DNA from: a virus
Lineage: Duplodnaviria; Caudoviricetes
IMG/VR virus record: IMGVR_UViG_3300027653_000014
Coordinates: 1-59,028 of that record
Length of the DNA stretch: 59,028 bases
Strand: one strand, 5' to 3'
Shown here: piece after piece, positions 36,454 to 45,881 of the stretch
How positions within the stretch are numbered: the stretch's first letter is position 1
Layout: each line of letters begins with the position of its first letter
Notes under the pieces: generated by a model
Databases searched by the model: none
Seen by the model: only the letters and a program-made list of their open reading frames with translations
What the model was told of the DNA's origin: nothing
Translations under genes and position numbers: made by a program

Positions 36454-36651
36454 ATGACCCCTGAGCAGATCCGCACCCTCACCGACGACGACCTCGACCA
36501 GCTCCGCCGCGACGCCCTCACCGAGCAGGAACGCCGCGCGAACCTCGCCGTCATCCCGGAACAGGTGGCCGACCTGGCTGCCAAGTACCGCGACGGCGGC
36601 GGCGATCCAGACACACTCCGCGCCGCCCTCGACGCCGAGCCCGAGCAGTAG
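36454..36651 (+). CDS. Small tail-fibre-associated hypothetical protein
   Basis: GAGAGGA RBS; 65 aa. Confidence 0.65.
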   Translation: MTPEQIRTLTDDDLDQLRRDALTEQERRANLAVIPEQVADLAAKYRDGGGDPDTLRAALDAEPEQ

Positions 36652-36761
36652 TCCCGGTATTGACAGCCCCCACCCCCGACCGCCCCTACTGGGGCTAGAG
36701 CAGTAAAGCGACTGCACCCTGATAGACTGTTTGAGGGAACATTCTATTAGGGAGCACAATC

Positions 36762-39542
36762 TTGGTTACACCTGAGCGCAATCTTCCGCCGGACGCACAG
36801 GCGTGGGGAAGGGACCTCGAAAAGCGCCTCGCCGCACTTGAGCGAGCAGCGGGCATTGCTGACACTAACCTCAAGGCTACTCGTGCCCGGTTCACTGGGG
36901 TAGCGAGTCAGGCAGCCGCGACGGAGCAGATCATCGAGGCTGTGCAGCAGGAGGTCGGGGAGGTTGCGGAAGAGGCGCACCGCAACGACCGCAGCAACTG
37001 GGAGCCTAAGCCGCCAGAGAACCCGCGACACAACCAGCGGTGGTTCGACACCACGGACGGCAACCTCATGCGCGTGTGGATCGATCACGGGGAGTACCCC
37101 CGGATCAACTACGCGCTGAACCCGAACTTCTCTGAGGGCACTGAGAATTGGACCCTCAGTGGCGGCGATCTTGTGTGGCAGGAGGGCTTTGACCCTCACG
37201 CTGACCTTGTTGCCACGGCAGACGGCGCTACGTTTGTTCTTGAAGAGGTGCAGGGCCGCACTGTATCTTTGGAGCTTGAGGGGACAGACGATGACGAAGA
37301 CGGCGAGGGCGGTTCAGAGACTTCGTACGTCGGTGTTCCTTGGTCTGCCACTGCTCATCTGACGGCCTACAGTGACAATGATGACGTGACAGCGGAGCTA
37401 GAGGTTGTCGATCCCTCAGACAATGTATTGGCCTCTAGCGGTCCAGTTGTCCTCCCTGTGGAGACGATGACTATCGTCCAGGCTTCCTCGGTGCTTGAGG
37501 AATATGAGATTGTCGGGGCGAAGCTTAGACTGACGATCACTGGTGTCGATGAGGCTGACTACGTTTCTCTTGACAAGGTAATGCTTGAAGCCATTACTGA
37601 GCCCGAGGATGACTACTTCGACGGCGACATGCCGGGCGTTGAGTGGGAGACTCTTCAGCAGGGCCGCGTCTCTGTGTGGAGTGGTGAGCCTGATTGGTTC
37701 GTCCTTCAGGACCGCAAGGCTATTCAGGAGGCTATTGACGAGGCGAAAGATACCCTTGCCCGCGCGTTTACTACTGCTGTAAACGCTCCTACCCCTGCTG
37801 ACGGCGCGGATCGACCTGATGGGGCGTACTGGACGCAGATCAATGCTGCGGGGGAGCAGGTTGCTCGCTGGCGCTGGGTTGCTGATCCTGGTGAGTGGGT
37901 GAGTACCCCGCTCTCTGTGGAGTTCATTCCTGAAGCCTATGTGGACTTCTTGGCTGCCAACGTGGCGTTTGTAGAGCAGTTGCTTGCAAACAACGTCGAC
38001 GTGGCCGGGCATCTGCGCCTGGCCGGGTCGCTGTACGCGCAGCAGGAGACCTACGGCCTGGAACTGACGGCTGAGGGCATCGACATGTCCTCCCAAGGGC
38101 TGGTGTACCTGGGTGACCCGTTCTTCATCCCCGCACGGCCCGGGTCGCTTTCAGCGATCCGCTACAACATCATCGTCTCCCTGCCGGTCCCAGGAGGCCA
38201 AAACGTCCGAGACTCCTACCTAGTGATCTACGACTCGCGCACCGGCGAGATCGTCCGAGAGATTTACGCGGACAGCGGCCACACCCTAGGCATGCGCCAC
38301 TACTTCGACGTCGATAACGAATGGATCTGGGTAGGCCGCAACACACCTGACCCGAACTTCGGACCGGTGGACTTGGTTGCCTATGACCTGATGGGTAACC
38401 AGGTGGCTACCCGCCCCGTCCCCATCGCGCTCAGCACGTTCGCCGTCTCAGACTCCTACATCGCCGTTGACGGCGGCCTCGACGGCAGCACCCCCGTGTA
38501 CGACCACTCCGGCAACCTGCTACGCAGCATCCCCTACAACGGCGGTGCGCGTTACTCGCCCACCGAATACACCATCCACGGTGACGTGCTCTATGACCGC
38601 TTTGGCGAGACGATCACCCTCACGGACATCCCCACCGGGAACATCGTCCAGGAAATCCAGATACCGCATGGTGATCAGGGCAGCGCATCCCGTAGCGGCA
38701 ATGAGTGGATTCACCACGTAGACCAGTGGGCCACCGGTGCCTGGTACATCGTCGTGGTGGACCTGGACACCAACACCATCAGCGAGCAGATGCAGGTCGA
38801 CCTGGGCGGCAACAAAACCATGTACGGGGCCGCGCGCGGGTGGAACGACTACTTCGTCGCCACCGACCAGGACGGGACGTTCGCAATCGAGAAGCGCGAC
38901 CCCTTCCGCGACGAGCAGACCCAGGCATCTATCGACACCATCACTGGCTCAGTGCAGTTCAACAACCCGCGACTGACCGGCGTTACGAAGACCGACGCCA
39001 TCGTCACCGACGAACTCATGGCGTCGACCGATAGTGGGACACTTGTGAGGGCCCGCCTCCACGGCGCCTACGGCATGAACTGGTTCATCGATGAGGCGGA
39101 GCGCGACGCCATGTTGCCCCACGCATGGGAGGGCACCGAGGCCATCACGCGCAGCCCGGTGACCACCGTGTGGCGTATGGGTCGGAACCAGCAGTGGGTG
39201 CGGGTGTGGTCGGAGGATCAGGCCGACACCGGCTGGATCAACCTCACCCCCATGCCCGGCTGGAACGAGGCCGACGCAACATGCCTGAGCAGGCACGGGG
39301 CCGCCTGGGTCGTGGTCTCCGGGCGGCTCGGCAGCATCGCCCCAGCAGGCTGGCGCACACTCACCACAGTCCCCCAAAGCATGCGCCCCGGCCGCGACGT
39401 GCGCGACGTCGGCTACTGGAACACCGACGGCGGAATCATCGGAGAAATCCGCATCCTCACCAACGGCGAAGTGCAGTGGTACGTCCCCGCTGCCGCCACC
39501 TCGAATCATCTGTTCCGCGCCAACGTCCCCTACCCAACGTGA
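36762..39542 (+). CDS. Large tail fibre/receptor-binding protein
   Basis: N-terminal coiled coil, NPNF carbohydrate-binding-like module, propeller-like region, C-terminal DTGW...RP fibre domain. Confidence 0.8.
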   Translation: MVTPERNLPPDAQAWGRDLEKRLAALERAAGIADTNLKATRARFTGVASQAAATEQIIEAVQQEVGEVAEEAHRNDRSNWEPKPPENPRHNQRWFDTTDGNLMRVWIDHGEYPRINYALNPNFSEGTENWTLSGGDLVWQEGFDPHADLVATADGATFVLEEVQGRTVSLELEGTDDDEDGEGGSETSYVGVPWSATAHLTAYSDNDDVTAELEVVDPSDNVLASSGPVVLPVETMTIVQASSVLEEYEIVGAKLRLTITGVDEADYVSLDKVMLEAITEPEDDYFDGDMPGVEWETLQQGRVSVWSGEPDWFVLQDRKAIQEAIDEAKDTLARAFTTAVNAPTPADGADRPDGAYWTQINAAGEQVARWRWVADPGEWVSTPLSVEFIPEAYVDFLAANVAFVEQLLANNVDVAGHLRLAGSLYAQQETYGLELTAEGIDMSSQGLVYLGDPFFIPARPGSLSAIRYNIIVSLPVPGGQNVRDSYLVIYDSRTGEIVREIYADSGHTLGMRHYFDVDNEWIWVGRNTPDPNFGPVDLVAYDLMGNQVATRPVPIALSTFAVSDSYIAVDGGLDGSTPVYDHSGNLLRSIPYNGGARYSPTEYTIHGDVLYDRFGETITLTDIPTGNIVQEIQIPHGDQGSASRSGNEWIHHVDQWATGAWYIVVVDLDTNTISEQMQVDLGGNKTMYGAARGWNDYFVATDQDGTFAIEKRDPFRDEQTQASIDTITGSVQFNNPRLTGVTKTDAIVTDELMASTDSGTLVRARLHGAYGMNWFIDEAERDAMLPHAWEGTEAITRSPVTTVWRMGRNQQWVRVWSEDQADTGWINLTPMPGWNEADATCLSRHGAAWVVVSGRLGSIAPAGWRTLTTVPQSMRPGRDVRDVGYWNTDGGIIGEIRILTNGEVQWYVPAAATSNHLFRANVPYPT

Positions 39543-39577
39543 CCGCGCCAGCGCCCCAGTCGCCGGAGGACTGACCC

Positions 39578-39717
39578 ATGCTCGAAGGCATCCCCCTCAG
39601 CCTGTCGGTGCTGACCGACCACTCCGGGGTGCCGGGCGCTTCGACGGCGTGCGCCGGCAGGCACAGATCGTTGCGCTTACTGAAAGATTGGAAGCGCTAG
39701 AGAGTAAGGTAAACTAA
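39578..39717 (+). pseudogene. Fused gene remnants (an N-terminal fragment plus an orphan coiled-coil C-terminus)
   Basis: GGAGGA RBS then MLEGIPLSLSVLT...; in another frame, RRQAQIVALTERLEALESKVN-stop. Confidence 0.45.
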
Positions 39718-39730
39718 TACTATGGGTTCC

Positions 39731-40300
39731 CTAACCGTTGAAGTGCGTAAAGTGTTCGGCCCTGAACGCACGGGCGGCTTCTCCTGCTGCCTCGGCGGTG
39801 TTGAAATAGCCCAGATGATTAGTCTTCCCCTCGAATCTCGCCATTGCACGCCACTTATTACGGTCTTTAGCATAGGTGACACCCCTGTAGCCCGATGTAT
39901 TGTTCGCTTGCACAACCATGTTTTGGCGGTTTTGCCCGTTGGTTGCGAGCCTGAGATGATCGGGCCGGACGCAGGCACGGATACGGCAGATATGGTCTAT
40001 CTGCAAGCCCTGCGGGATAGGGCCGTTGCTGAGCACGTACGCTACACGATGTGCGAACTGTGCGCGGCCCTCCCACTGAACGACCCCATACCCGCCTCGC
40101 TTCGACCTAGACCACATCCAGCAGGCATCCGTTTTATGTACCCGGTGCCAGAAGTAGCTCTCGCTGTAGGTGTCTTGGATTGGGCGCACAGACCCAGTGC
40201 GCTTCCTCTGATAGTAGTGTGTCACGCACAGGCCCTTTGCACGGTGCTTAAGGCCGCATCCTGGGTACTCGCATTTACGATTGCTTACCGGTCTGCCCAC
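39731..40300 (-). CDS. HNH homing endonuclease with AP2 domain (inverted orientation)
   Basis: CWMW...AHRVAY...IDHIC...CVRPDHL...N; NTSGYRGV...LGYF AP2 motif. Confidence 0.92.
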   Translation of the reverse strand: MGRPVSNRKCEYPGCGLKHRAKGLCVTHYYQRKRTGSVRPIQDTYSESYFWHRVHKTDACWMWSRSKRGGYGVVQWEGRAQFAHRVAYVLSNGPIPQGLQIDHICRIRACVRPDHLRLATNGQNRQNMVVQANNTSGYRGVTYAKDRNKWRAMARFEGKTNHLGYFNTAEAAGEAARAFRAEHFTHFNG

Positions 40301-40382
40301 AGTATCCTCCTCAAGACACTAGTTTCAGTATACGGTACACTAGAGTTCACCCATACACAACTGTACGGAAGAGGGCAGAGTC

Positions 40383-41009
40383 ATCGGGTCTCTTGATGAG
40401 AACGGCATTTACATCTACGACGAGACTGACCAGATTTCGCCTATTCACACATATTCGAATCTCGGTCAGGCGTCTACTAGTGCTGCCATTGAATACCTGC
40501 ATGAGCACACGCTGATCATGCCTGTGGCTAATGCTGCGGAGAGAAATGCTTACGCATCTGACATGGCCGCAGCTGGACGCCCTGCCTCCCTTGCTCGCCC
40601 CCTGTGGGTGGAGAGGCAGGACACAGGGGCCGTGGAGCGTAATCGTGGTGCGGGGTGGCACCGCATGATCGATAACACTTTAGAGACGTATGCTCTCCCT
40701 AATCCAGACCCCGGCTGGAGGTTTGAGAACTATCTGCTCCTTAAAAATGGATGGGTGACTGCCAGAATCCGTACGAAGCGTCTCGGCCCGTCATGGTCTG
40801 GACAGTCAGGACAGTTTTGGGGGCCTCTGCCAAGCAGGTTTCGTCCACCAATGATTGTTAGAACGGCTGCGTACGTCCACCGCAGGAATGATGTATACAG
40901 GACTGGCATGTTTAGTGTCAGTGCTAATGGTGAAGGTAACCTTCTTAGTGCCACTATCGCCACTAATAACTGGATTAATGCAATTCTAACGTGGCCGACC
41001 GATGACTGA
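40383..41009 (+). CDS. Minor tail protein; probable non-canonical ATC start (first in-frame ATG is 40518)
   Basis: The frame is open from the TAG at 40341 and reads (I)GSLDENGIYIYDETD..., ending in an LPSRFRPP fibre motif. GAGGG lies 7 nt before the ATC. Confidence 0.65.
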   Translation: MGSLDENGIYIYDETDQISPIHTYSNLGQASTSAAIEYLHEHTLIMPVANAAERNAYASDMAAAGRPASLARPLWVERQDTGAVERNRGAGWHRMIDNTLETYALPNPDPGWRFENYLLLKNGWVTARIRTKRLGPSWSGQSGQFWGPLPSRFRPPMIVRTAAYVHRRNDVYRTGMFSVSANGEGNLLSATIATNNWINAILTWPTDD

Positions 41010-41439
41010 GCGAGAGTTAACCTTAGCCCTGCGCCTGTGGATGAGAATCAGGGAGCCGCGTATTATATCGGTACTGCGGTTCTTCATGTACCTAGGATTC
41101 CTGGCGGGCGGCATTGCTACTATCCACTCCCCGCCAACCTCCATCCAGGGTGCTATGGGCTTGCCTGCCATGATTATGCTCGGATGGCTGCTTGCAGCGG
41201 GCGCGCTCATGGGGGCTGTCTCTGTGCTGCCAGGCGCGTGGTGGCTTGAACGGGTGGGTGTAGCTACCGTAGCCCTGTCCTTCTCGGTCTACCTGTGGAT
41301 CATCATGGTACTGCACGTCACAGAGGGCGGGAACAGGCTTCTACAGGCCGCAGCAGTATTCGGGATCATTCTTTCTCAGGCTATTAGGTTCGTTAGGATA
41401 TGGGAACGGCCATACGATCCAGACCTTCGCCAGCTCTAA
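41002..41439 (+). CDS. Multi-pass membrane protein (holin-like)
   Basis: About four hydrophobic helices, located in the lysis region. Confidence 0.7.
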   Translation: MTERELTLALRLWMRIREPRIISVLRFFMYLGFLAGGIATIHSPPTSIQGAMGLPAMIMLGWLLAAGALMGAVSVLPGAWWLERVGVATVALSFSVYLWIIMVLHVTEGGNRLLQAAAVFGIILSQAIRFVRIWERPYDPDLRQL

Positions 41440-41458
41440 CTATCCGGGGGTAATCATC

Positions 41459-41719
41459 ATGGCCGAAGGCACTATGGCAGCCATCGTTGTTGCGGCGATT
41501 TCTGGCGGTGTGGTAACTAAGTTCATTGAGCTTATTGTTGCTTGGTTTAAGGGCAAGCACGCGCGCGAGCAGACAGGCTGGGAGAAGTACGACAAGGCGA
41601 TGCGCCGACTCCGCATGGTGCTAGAGGTCCTGCATGAGACCCGCCTGCTGCTCCACAAGCGGACAGGGATGCCCTACAGCGAGATGCCCCCGATTCCTGA
41701 GTTTAGGGACGATACCTAG
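41459..41719 (+). CDS. Single-pass membrane protein
   Basis: N-terminal hydrophobic helix and charged tail. Confidence 0.7.
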   Translation: MAEGTMAAIVVAAISGGVVTKFIELIVAWFKGKHAREQTGWEKYDKAMRRLRMVLEVLHETRLLLHKRTGMPYSEMPPIPEFRDDT

Positions 41720-41763
41720 GCTGACCTGCTATTATGCTATAGGCACCAACCTAGGGAGAACCT

Positions 41764-42882
41764 ATGACTCGCCAGTGCGATCTGTGCGCTGAGATTGACC
41801 CCGACCTTAACCACGTTGAGAACGCCAGACTGATCGGCGTCTCTGAATCAACGATCAGACGCCACAGGGCGCATATGGCTGAAGCCAAGAGCGTGCAGCC
41901 GCTCACTGTGGAGCGAATGTCTGTCCGTGATCCCATCACAGGGACTTGGACTAAGTACAAGGCAGTAGATAAGCAAGATGCCTTAGATGAGGTCTACAAG
42001 GCTGTAGACGCGGCCAAACTGCTCAACCGCCTAGACCGGGCTGAGCCTGCCCAACAGGGCGGGGATAGCGTATTCGTGGTAAGTCTCAACGACACTCAAA
42101 TCGGAAAGATGGAGGGAGGCGGCACTGCCGCCACCCTAGAGAGGGTCAAGGAGAGGGTGCATCTAGCTATCGACCGTGCCCAGGAACTACGTTCTATCGG
42201 GCGCAGGCTAGGAACGCTGGTCATCATTGGGGGAGGCGACATCATCGAGGGATGCACCATCTACCCCAACCAACCTGTGAACAACGACTTGACGCAGAGC
42301 GAGCAGATCGACACTGCGGTCACTATGATCCTCTACGTCATTGACCAGCTTGCTGCCCACTTCGAGGAGGTATACATCCTCGCTACCAAGGGCAATCATG
42401 GAGAGAACCGTGTTAATGGTGCTAAAACTGCGGCCCGCGACAACAATGACACGATGGTCTTTCGACTGGCTAAGAAGGCTACAGAGCGAGACCCTAGCCT
42501 CAAGCATGTACAGTACATCATCTGCGAGCCAGAAAAGGAAGCGGTGTACATGGACGTACCCGGTACACCCTGGGTGCTCGGCACAACGCACGGGGACATT
42601 TTTGGGAAGTTCGTGCCGGGGCAAACGAAGATGCTCAAGGCGTGGAACTGGTACAAGAACATGCTCGCCGCAAGGGAGCCCCAGCGTCCTGATGTACTAG
42701 TAACCCACCACTTCCACCATGAAGAGAAGGCAGATTGGGGCTCCTGTCTGTGGGTACAGACCCGCGCGATGGATGGGGGCTCTGCATATTTTGAGCAGTT
42801 CACCGGCCAATACTCTGAGCCTGGGATGCTGACTTTTGTAATGACCCCACACTCACGGTATCAGGATGAGGCTATACTTTAA
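41764..42882 (+). CDS. HTH plus calcineurin-like metallophosphoesterase
   Basis: GVSESTIRRH HTH; D-x-Q, GDIIEG, GNHG, HGD and HFHH motifs. Confidence 0.8.
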   Translation: MTRQCDLCAEIDPDLNHVENARLIGVSESTIRRHRAHMAEAKSVQPLTVERMSVRDPITGTWTKYKAVDKQDALDEVYKAVDAAKLLNRLDRAEPAQQGGDSVFVVSLNDTQIGKMEGGGTAATLERVKERVHLAIDRAQELRSIGRRLGTLVIIGGGDIIEGCTIYPNQPVNNDLTQSEQIDTAVTMILYVIDQLAAHFEEVYILATKGNHGENRVNGAKTAARDNNDTMVFRLAKKATERDPSLKHVQYIICEPEKEAVYMDVPGTPWVLGTTHGDIFGKFVPGQTKMLKAWNWYKNMLAAREPQRPDVLVTHHFHHEEKADWGSCLWVQTRAMDGGSAYFEQFTGQYSEPGMLTFVMTPHSRYQDEAIL

Positions 42883-42901
42883 GCAGGTCTAAGGAGCATC
42901 A

Positions 42902-43492
42902 ATGGCATGGACTAACCCGCTCAGCGGCTACCGCACATCGGGCTTCAACCTGACCCGACGCCACCCTGTGACAGGCCGTATCCAACCTCACAGGGGCACT
43001 GATATTGCACCCCGAGCAGGGTATGTGTGGGTTGGTTCTATCGGCAGCGGGACGGTTGTAGGAACTCGTACCGGGCGTGTGCGCGGCAGCACTGCCTACA
43101 ACACATTCACCGGAACAACAGCGGGCACCCTGTGGTTTGGTACAGGTAATGCTGTGCTCATCTACCACGGCAACGGCATCCATAGCTACTACGGACACCT
43201 TGCTACTGTGAATGTCTCACCTGGCCAGACTGTGTCTGGTGGGCAGGCTATTGGACGTGTCGGGGCCACAGGGGTGGTGACTGGTGTTCACCTGCACCTT
43301 GAGATTCTAGTGAACAACGGTTGGAACCATGTCAACCCCACTACATGGATGAGCGACCGGGGTGTGCTTCTTGGCAGCGGACGGACCTCTATTAGCACCG
43401 GTCCTGTCATTCCGCCTACTGCCTTCCCCTCTGTACAGATGCGGGCCACACCTCTCGTGTTCACTCTGAATCTGCCTCTTCCCCGCTTCTAA
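42902..43492 (+). CDS. M23 peptidase (lysin)
   Basis: HRGTD, YGHL and HLHLE motifs. Confidence 0.9.
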   Translation: MAWTNPLSGYRTSGFNLTRRHPVTGRIQPHRGTDIAPRAGYVWVGSIGSGTVVGTRTGRVRGSTAYNTFTGTTAGTLWFGTGNAVLIYHGNGIHSYYGHLATVNVSPGQTVSGGQAIGRVGATGVVTGVHLHLEILVNNGWNHVNPTTWMSDRGVLLGSGRTSISTGPVIPPTAFPSVQMRATPLVFTLNLPLPRF

Positions 43493-43541
43493 CATCGCGG
43501 GTGTAGAATGAATCCGACAACCATTATTGGAGGGCGTCTAC

Positions 43542-43667
43542 ATGACTGACATTCCGCCTGAGCTGGTGCCTAATGAGCCCAGCCTTGAAGACCTCGATTG
43601 GGAGGAGTACGCAGACCTCCTCCATGAGATTGAGAAGGTAGACATCACCGACGAGACGGGGCACTGA
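43542..43667 (+). CDS. Small acidic hypothetical protein
   Basis: GGAGG RBS; MTDIPPELVPNEPSLEDLDWEEY... Confidence 0.5.
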   Translation: MTDIPPELVPNEPSLEDLDWEEYADLLHEIEKVDITDETGH

Positions 43668-43669
43668 CT

Positions 43670-44626
43670 ATGGCCTACTTCTTCCAGAAGAACCGCCAGC
43701 GCATTGCGCAGTGGAATCCCACGCGCCGCGCTGCTCCGTGGGGACGGGGGCCGATCCCACAGATTGTGCTTCACACGTTCGAGTGGCCTGCTAACCGCAG
43801 CATGTTGTCTGCGGCCACCTATCTGCTGAACCGCACCACGCACGGCTCCTATCACTCCCTGGCCGGGGGCACTTCCCGGCGGGATGTACTGCGCCTCGCC
43901 CCTGTGACTGCTGAGACCTGGCACTGTGTCCCCTCTAACAACTGGGCATCTGGCGTTAGTGCTACCACCTACGCAGCCAACTGGAACAAGTTGACCGCTA
44001 CTCAGCGCCGCAACTTTGTCCATTCGATGGCCTACGCCTCTTACCTGCTCTCACAGGAGCTTATCGCTATCGGCAAGGCTCCCGTGCCTGCCAAGCGGAT
44101 CAGCCGCGCACAGGCGATGCGTGGGGTATGGGGCTTCACTTACCACCGCACAATGGACCCCGGTCGCCGCACTGATCCGGCCCACCCGGAGCACAACTTC
44201 CCGTGGGACATGTTTTTGACCGAGTACAATCGACTAATGGGTAGCTCTTCTGCCCCCACACCAGGAAAGGACTGGCTAGAAATGGCAACTGCTGACGAGG
44301 TGGCCCGCGCAGTTTGGGGCTACAAAAATGAACGCCTCACTTCCCAAGATGCCTACGCGATTCTGCGCAATCTGACCCCGATTCGGGACCGGGTGACCAA
44401 GACCAACCACGCGATGGGCCGGGTGGAGAATAACCTGCTGCCCGCCATCCTCGACAACCTCGGTATCGAGGTCGATGCGGGCGAGGTGGCCGCTGCCCTC
44501 GTGGAGCACCTAGACATCGAGGGTGCGGTATCGCGTGCTCTTGAGGCCCTGCCTGAGCGAGACACCGCTGAGGTTGCGCAGCGCGTCCGTGAGGACATCG
44601 CCGCCCGTCTGACTGAAGGAGAATGA
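43670..44626 (+). CDS. Endolysin, N-acetylmuramoyl-L-alanine amidase (Amidase_2-like)
   Basis: VLHTFE, SYH, WH and H...RRTDP...FPW motifs. Confidence 0.85.
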   Translation: MAYFFQKNRQRIAQWNPTRRAAPWGRGPIPQIVLHTFEWPANRSMLSAATYLLNRTTHGSYHSLAGGTSRRDVLRLAPVTAETWHCVPSNNWASGVSATTYAANWNKLTATQRRNFVHSMAYASYLLSQELIAIGKAPVPAKRISRAQAMRGVWGFTYHRTMDPGRRTDPAHPEHNFPWDMFLTEYNRLMGSSSAPTPGKDWLEMATADEVARAVWGYKNERLTSQDAYAILRNLTPIRDRVTKTNHAMGRVENNLLPAILDNLGIEVDAGEVAAALVEHLDIEGAVSRALEALPERDTAEVAQRVREDIAARLTEGE

Positions 44627-44919
44627 TTATGCCCACCACTGTGATTCCTGCTGACGTGCGGCTCGCTGCCAAGCGCGGCTTTGTCCGCACTCTGTACCAG
44701 GGCTATGCCGGCACCCTGTCCACCGGCATCTCTGCTACCGCGATCCTCGCTATCATCAACGGCGAGGTTGACCTGACTACAGCCCTTGTCACTGCCGCTG
44801 TAGTCCTCATCGGCCCTCCTGTGGCTGGCCTCGCATCCTACTTCAACATCTCATCCAAGGGCATCCCTGATGCCTACCAGGATGACATCGAGGTTATGCC
44901 TGAGCCCCCAGCTGTGTAA
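44623..44919 (+). CDS. Holin
   Basis: Two hydrophobic segments and RGFVRT..Q; coupled to the endolysin. Confidence 0.75.
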   Translation: MIMPTTVIPADVRLAAKRGFVRTLYQGYAGTLSTGISATAILAIINGEVDLTTALVTAAVVLIGPPVAGLASYFNISSKGIPDAYQDDIEVMPEPPAV

Positions 44920-44929
44920 GCGCTGAGCA

Positions 44930-44966
44930 CAAAGAACCCCCGCCCTGCTGGACGGGGGTTCTTTGC
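44930..44966. terminator. Bidirectional terminator between the convergent arms
   Basis: CAAAGAACCCCCG...CGGGGGTTCTTTG. Confidence 0.85.
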
Positions 44967-45157
44967 TCCCTAGAACTAGAGGCCGGTCACCATCTGCGGG
45001 ACATCACGCAAAACCTCCACAGGGTGGCCGTCGATGGAAGTGATGCCGTACTGGATGAGGATGTTGTCTGGCAGGACGTAGTATGTGGCACTGCCTCCTT
45101 GGTAGGCCAACCATGTGCGTGCCGCAGACACCGCAGCCTCTAACTGGTATGCGCTGC

Positions 45158-45697
45158 TCATATATCCTCCTCTGGACAGGTGAGGCAGCCTCTGATAGAG
45201 CCGCAGCACTCTTCCTTCTCTTGTGGCCATCCCAGCTCAGCGGTAGGTCGGTGCTTCAGCTCCACTACGCCAAAGTGTACCGCATGGCGTAGCGCGTCTC
45301 GCACATCGTCAGCGTCCTTAGCACCCACAGTGCTCCCTGTGGGCCACATGCCTAGACGCTTCAGCACCTTGTCCGAGACTAGGCCCTTAGCCTGCGAGGG
45401 TGTCTGCTCCACCATCTCGACGCCGAACTTGTCGTGCATCGCGTACTGAAGAGCACCGTTCACAGAGACCGTGGTGAGGTCCGCCAGGAACTTGTTGCCA
45501 GGCCGCAGGTTGAACTTCTCGGTGATAACCACGTCGGGCTCGTAGGTCTTGTAGGTCTCGCAGATGCGATCCACCGTTTCGATCAGGCCCATCTTGCCTT
45601 GGTACAGCGCCAGTTCCACAGGGAGGCTGTCGGGTTTGAAGTCCAGCACAGCCCAGCCACTGCTGAGGCCAGCGTCAATGGCGAGTACGCGGGTCAT
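45158..45697 (-). CDS. RuvC-like Holliday junction resolvase
   Basis: VLAIDAG...GWA, ITE and DVRDALRH acidic motifs. Confidence 0.75.
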   Translation of the reverse strand: MTRVLAIDAGLSSGWAVLDFKPDSLPVELALYQGKMGLIETVDRICETYKTYEPDVVITEKFNLRPGNKFLADLTTVSVNGALQYAMHDKFGVEMVEQTPSQAKGLVSDKVLKRLGMWPTGSTVGAKDADDVRDALRHAVHFGVVELKHRPTAELGWPQEKEECCGSIRGCLTCPEEDI

Positions 45698-45881
45698 GAG
45701 GATACCTTTCTCCACGGGTAAACTTCCCGCACCCAAATACCATCAGAGGCAGGCCGTGGCGGATCGTCTACCGGGTAGGGCACATGCGCAAGGTAGTCAT
45801 CACGCGCCTGCTCAGCCTCTTCCCGCGACTTATGCACCGAGGCTCCACCGGAAGCATTGAAGTGCGCCCACTCAAACTGAC

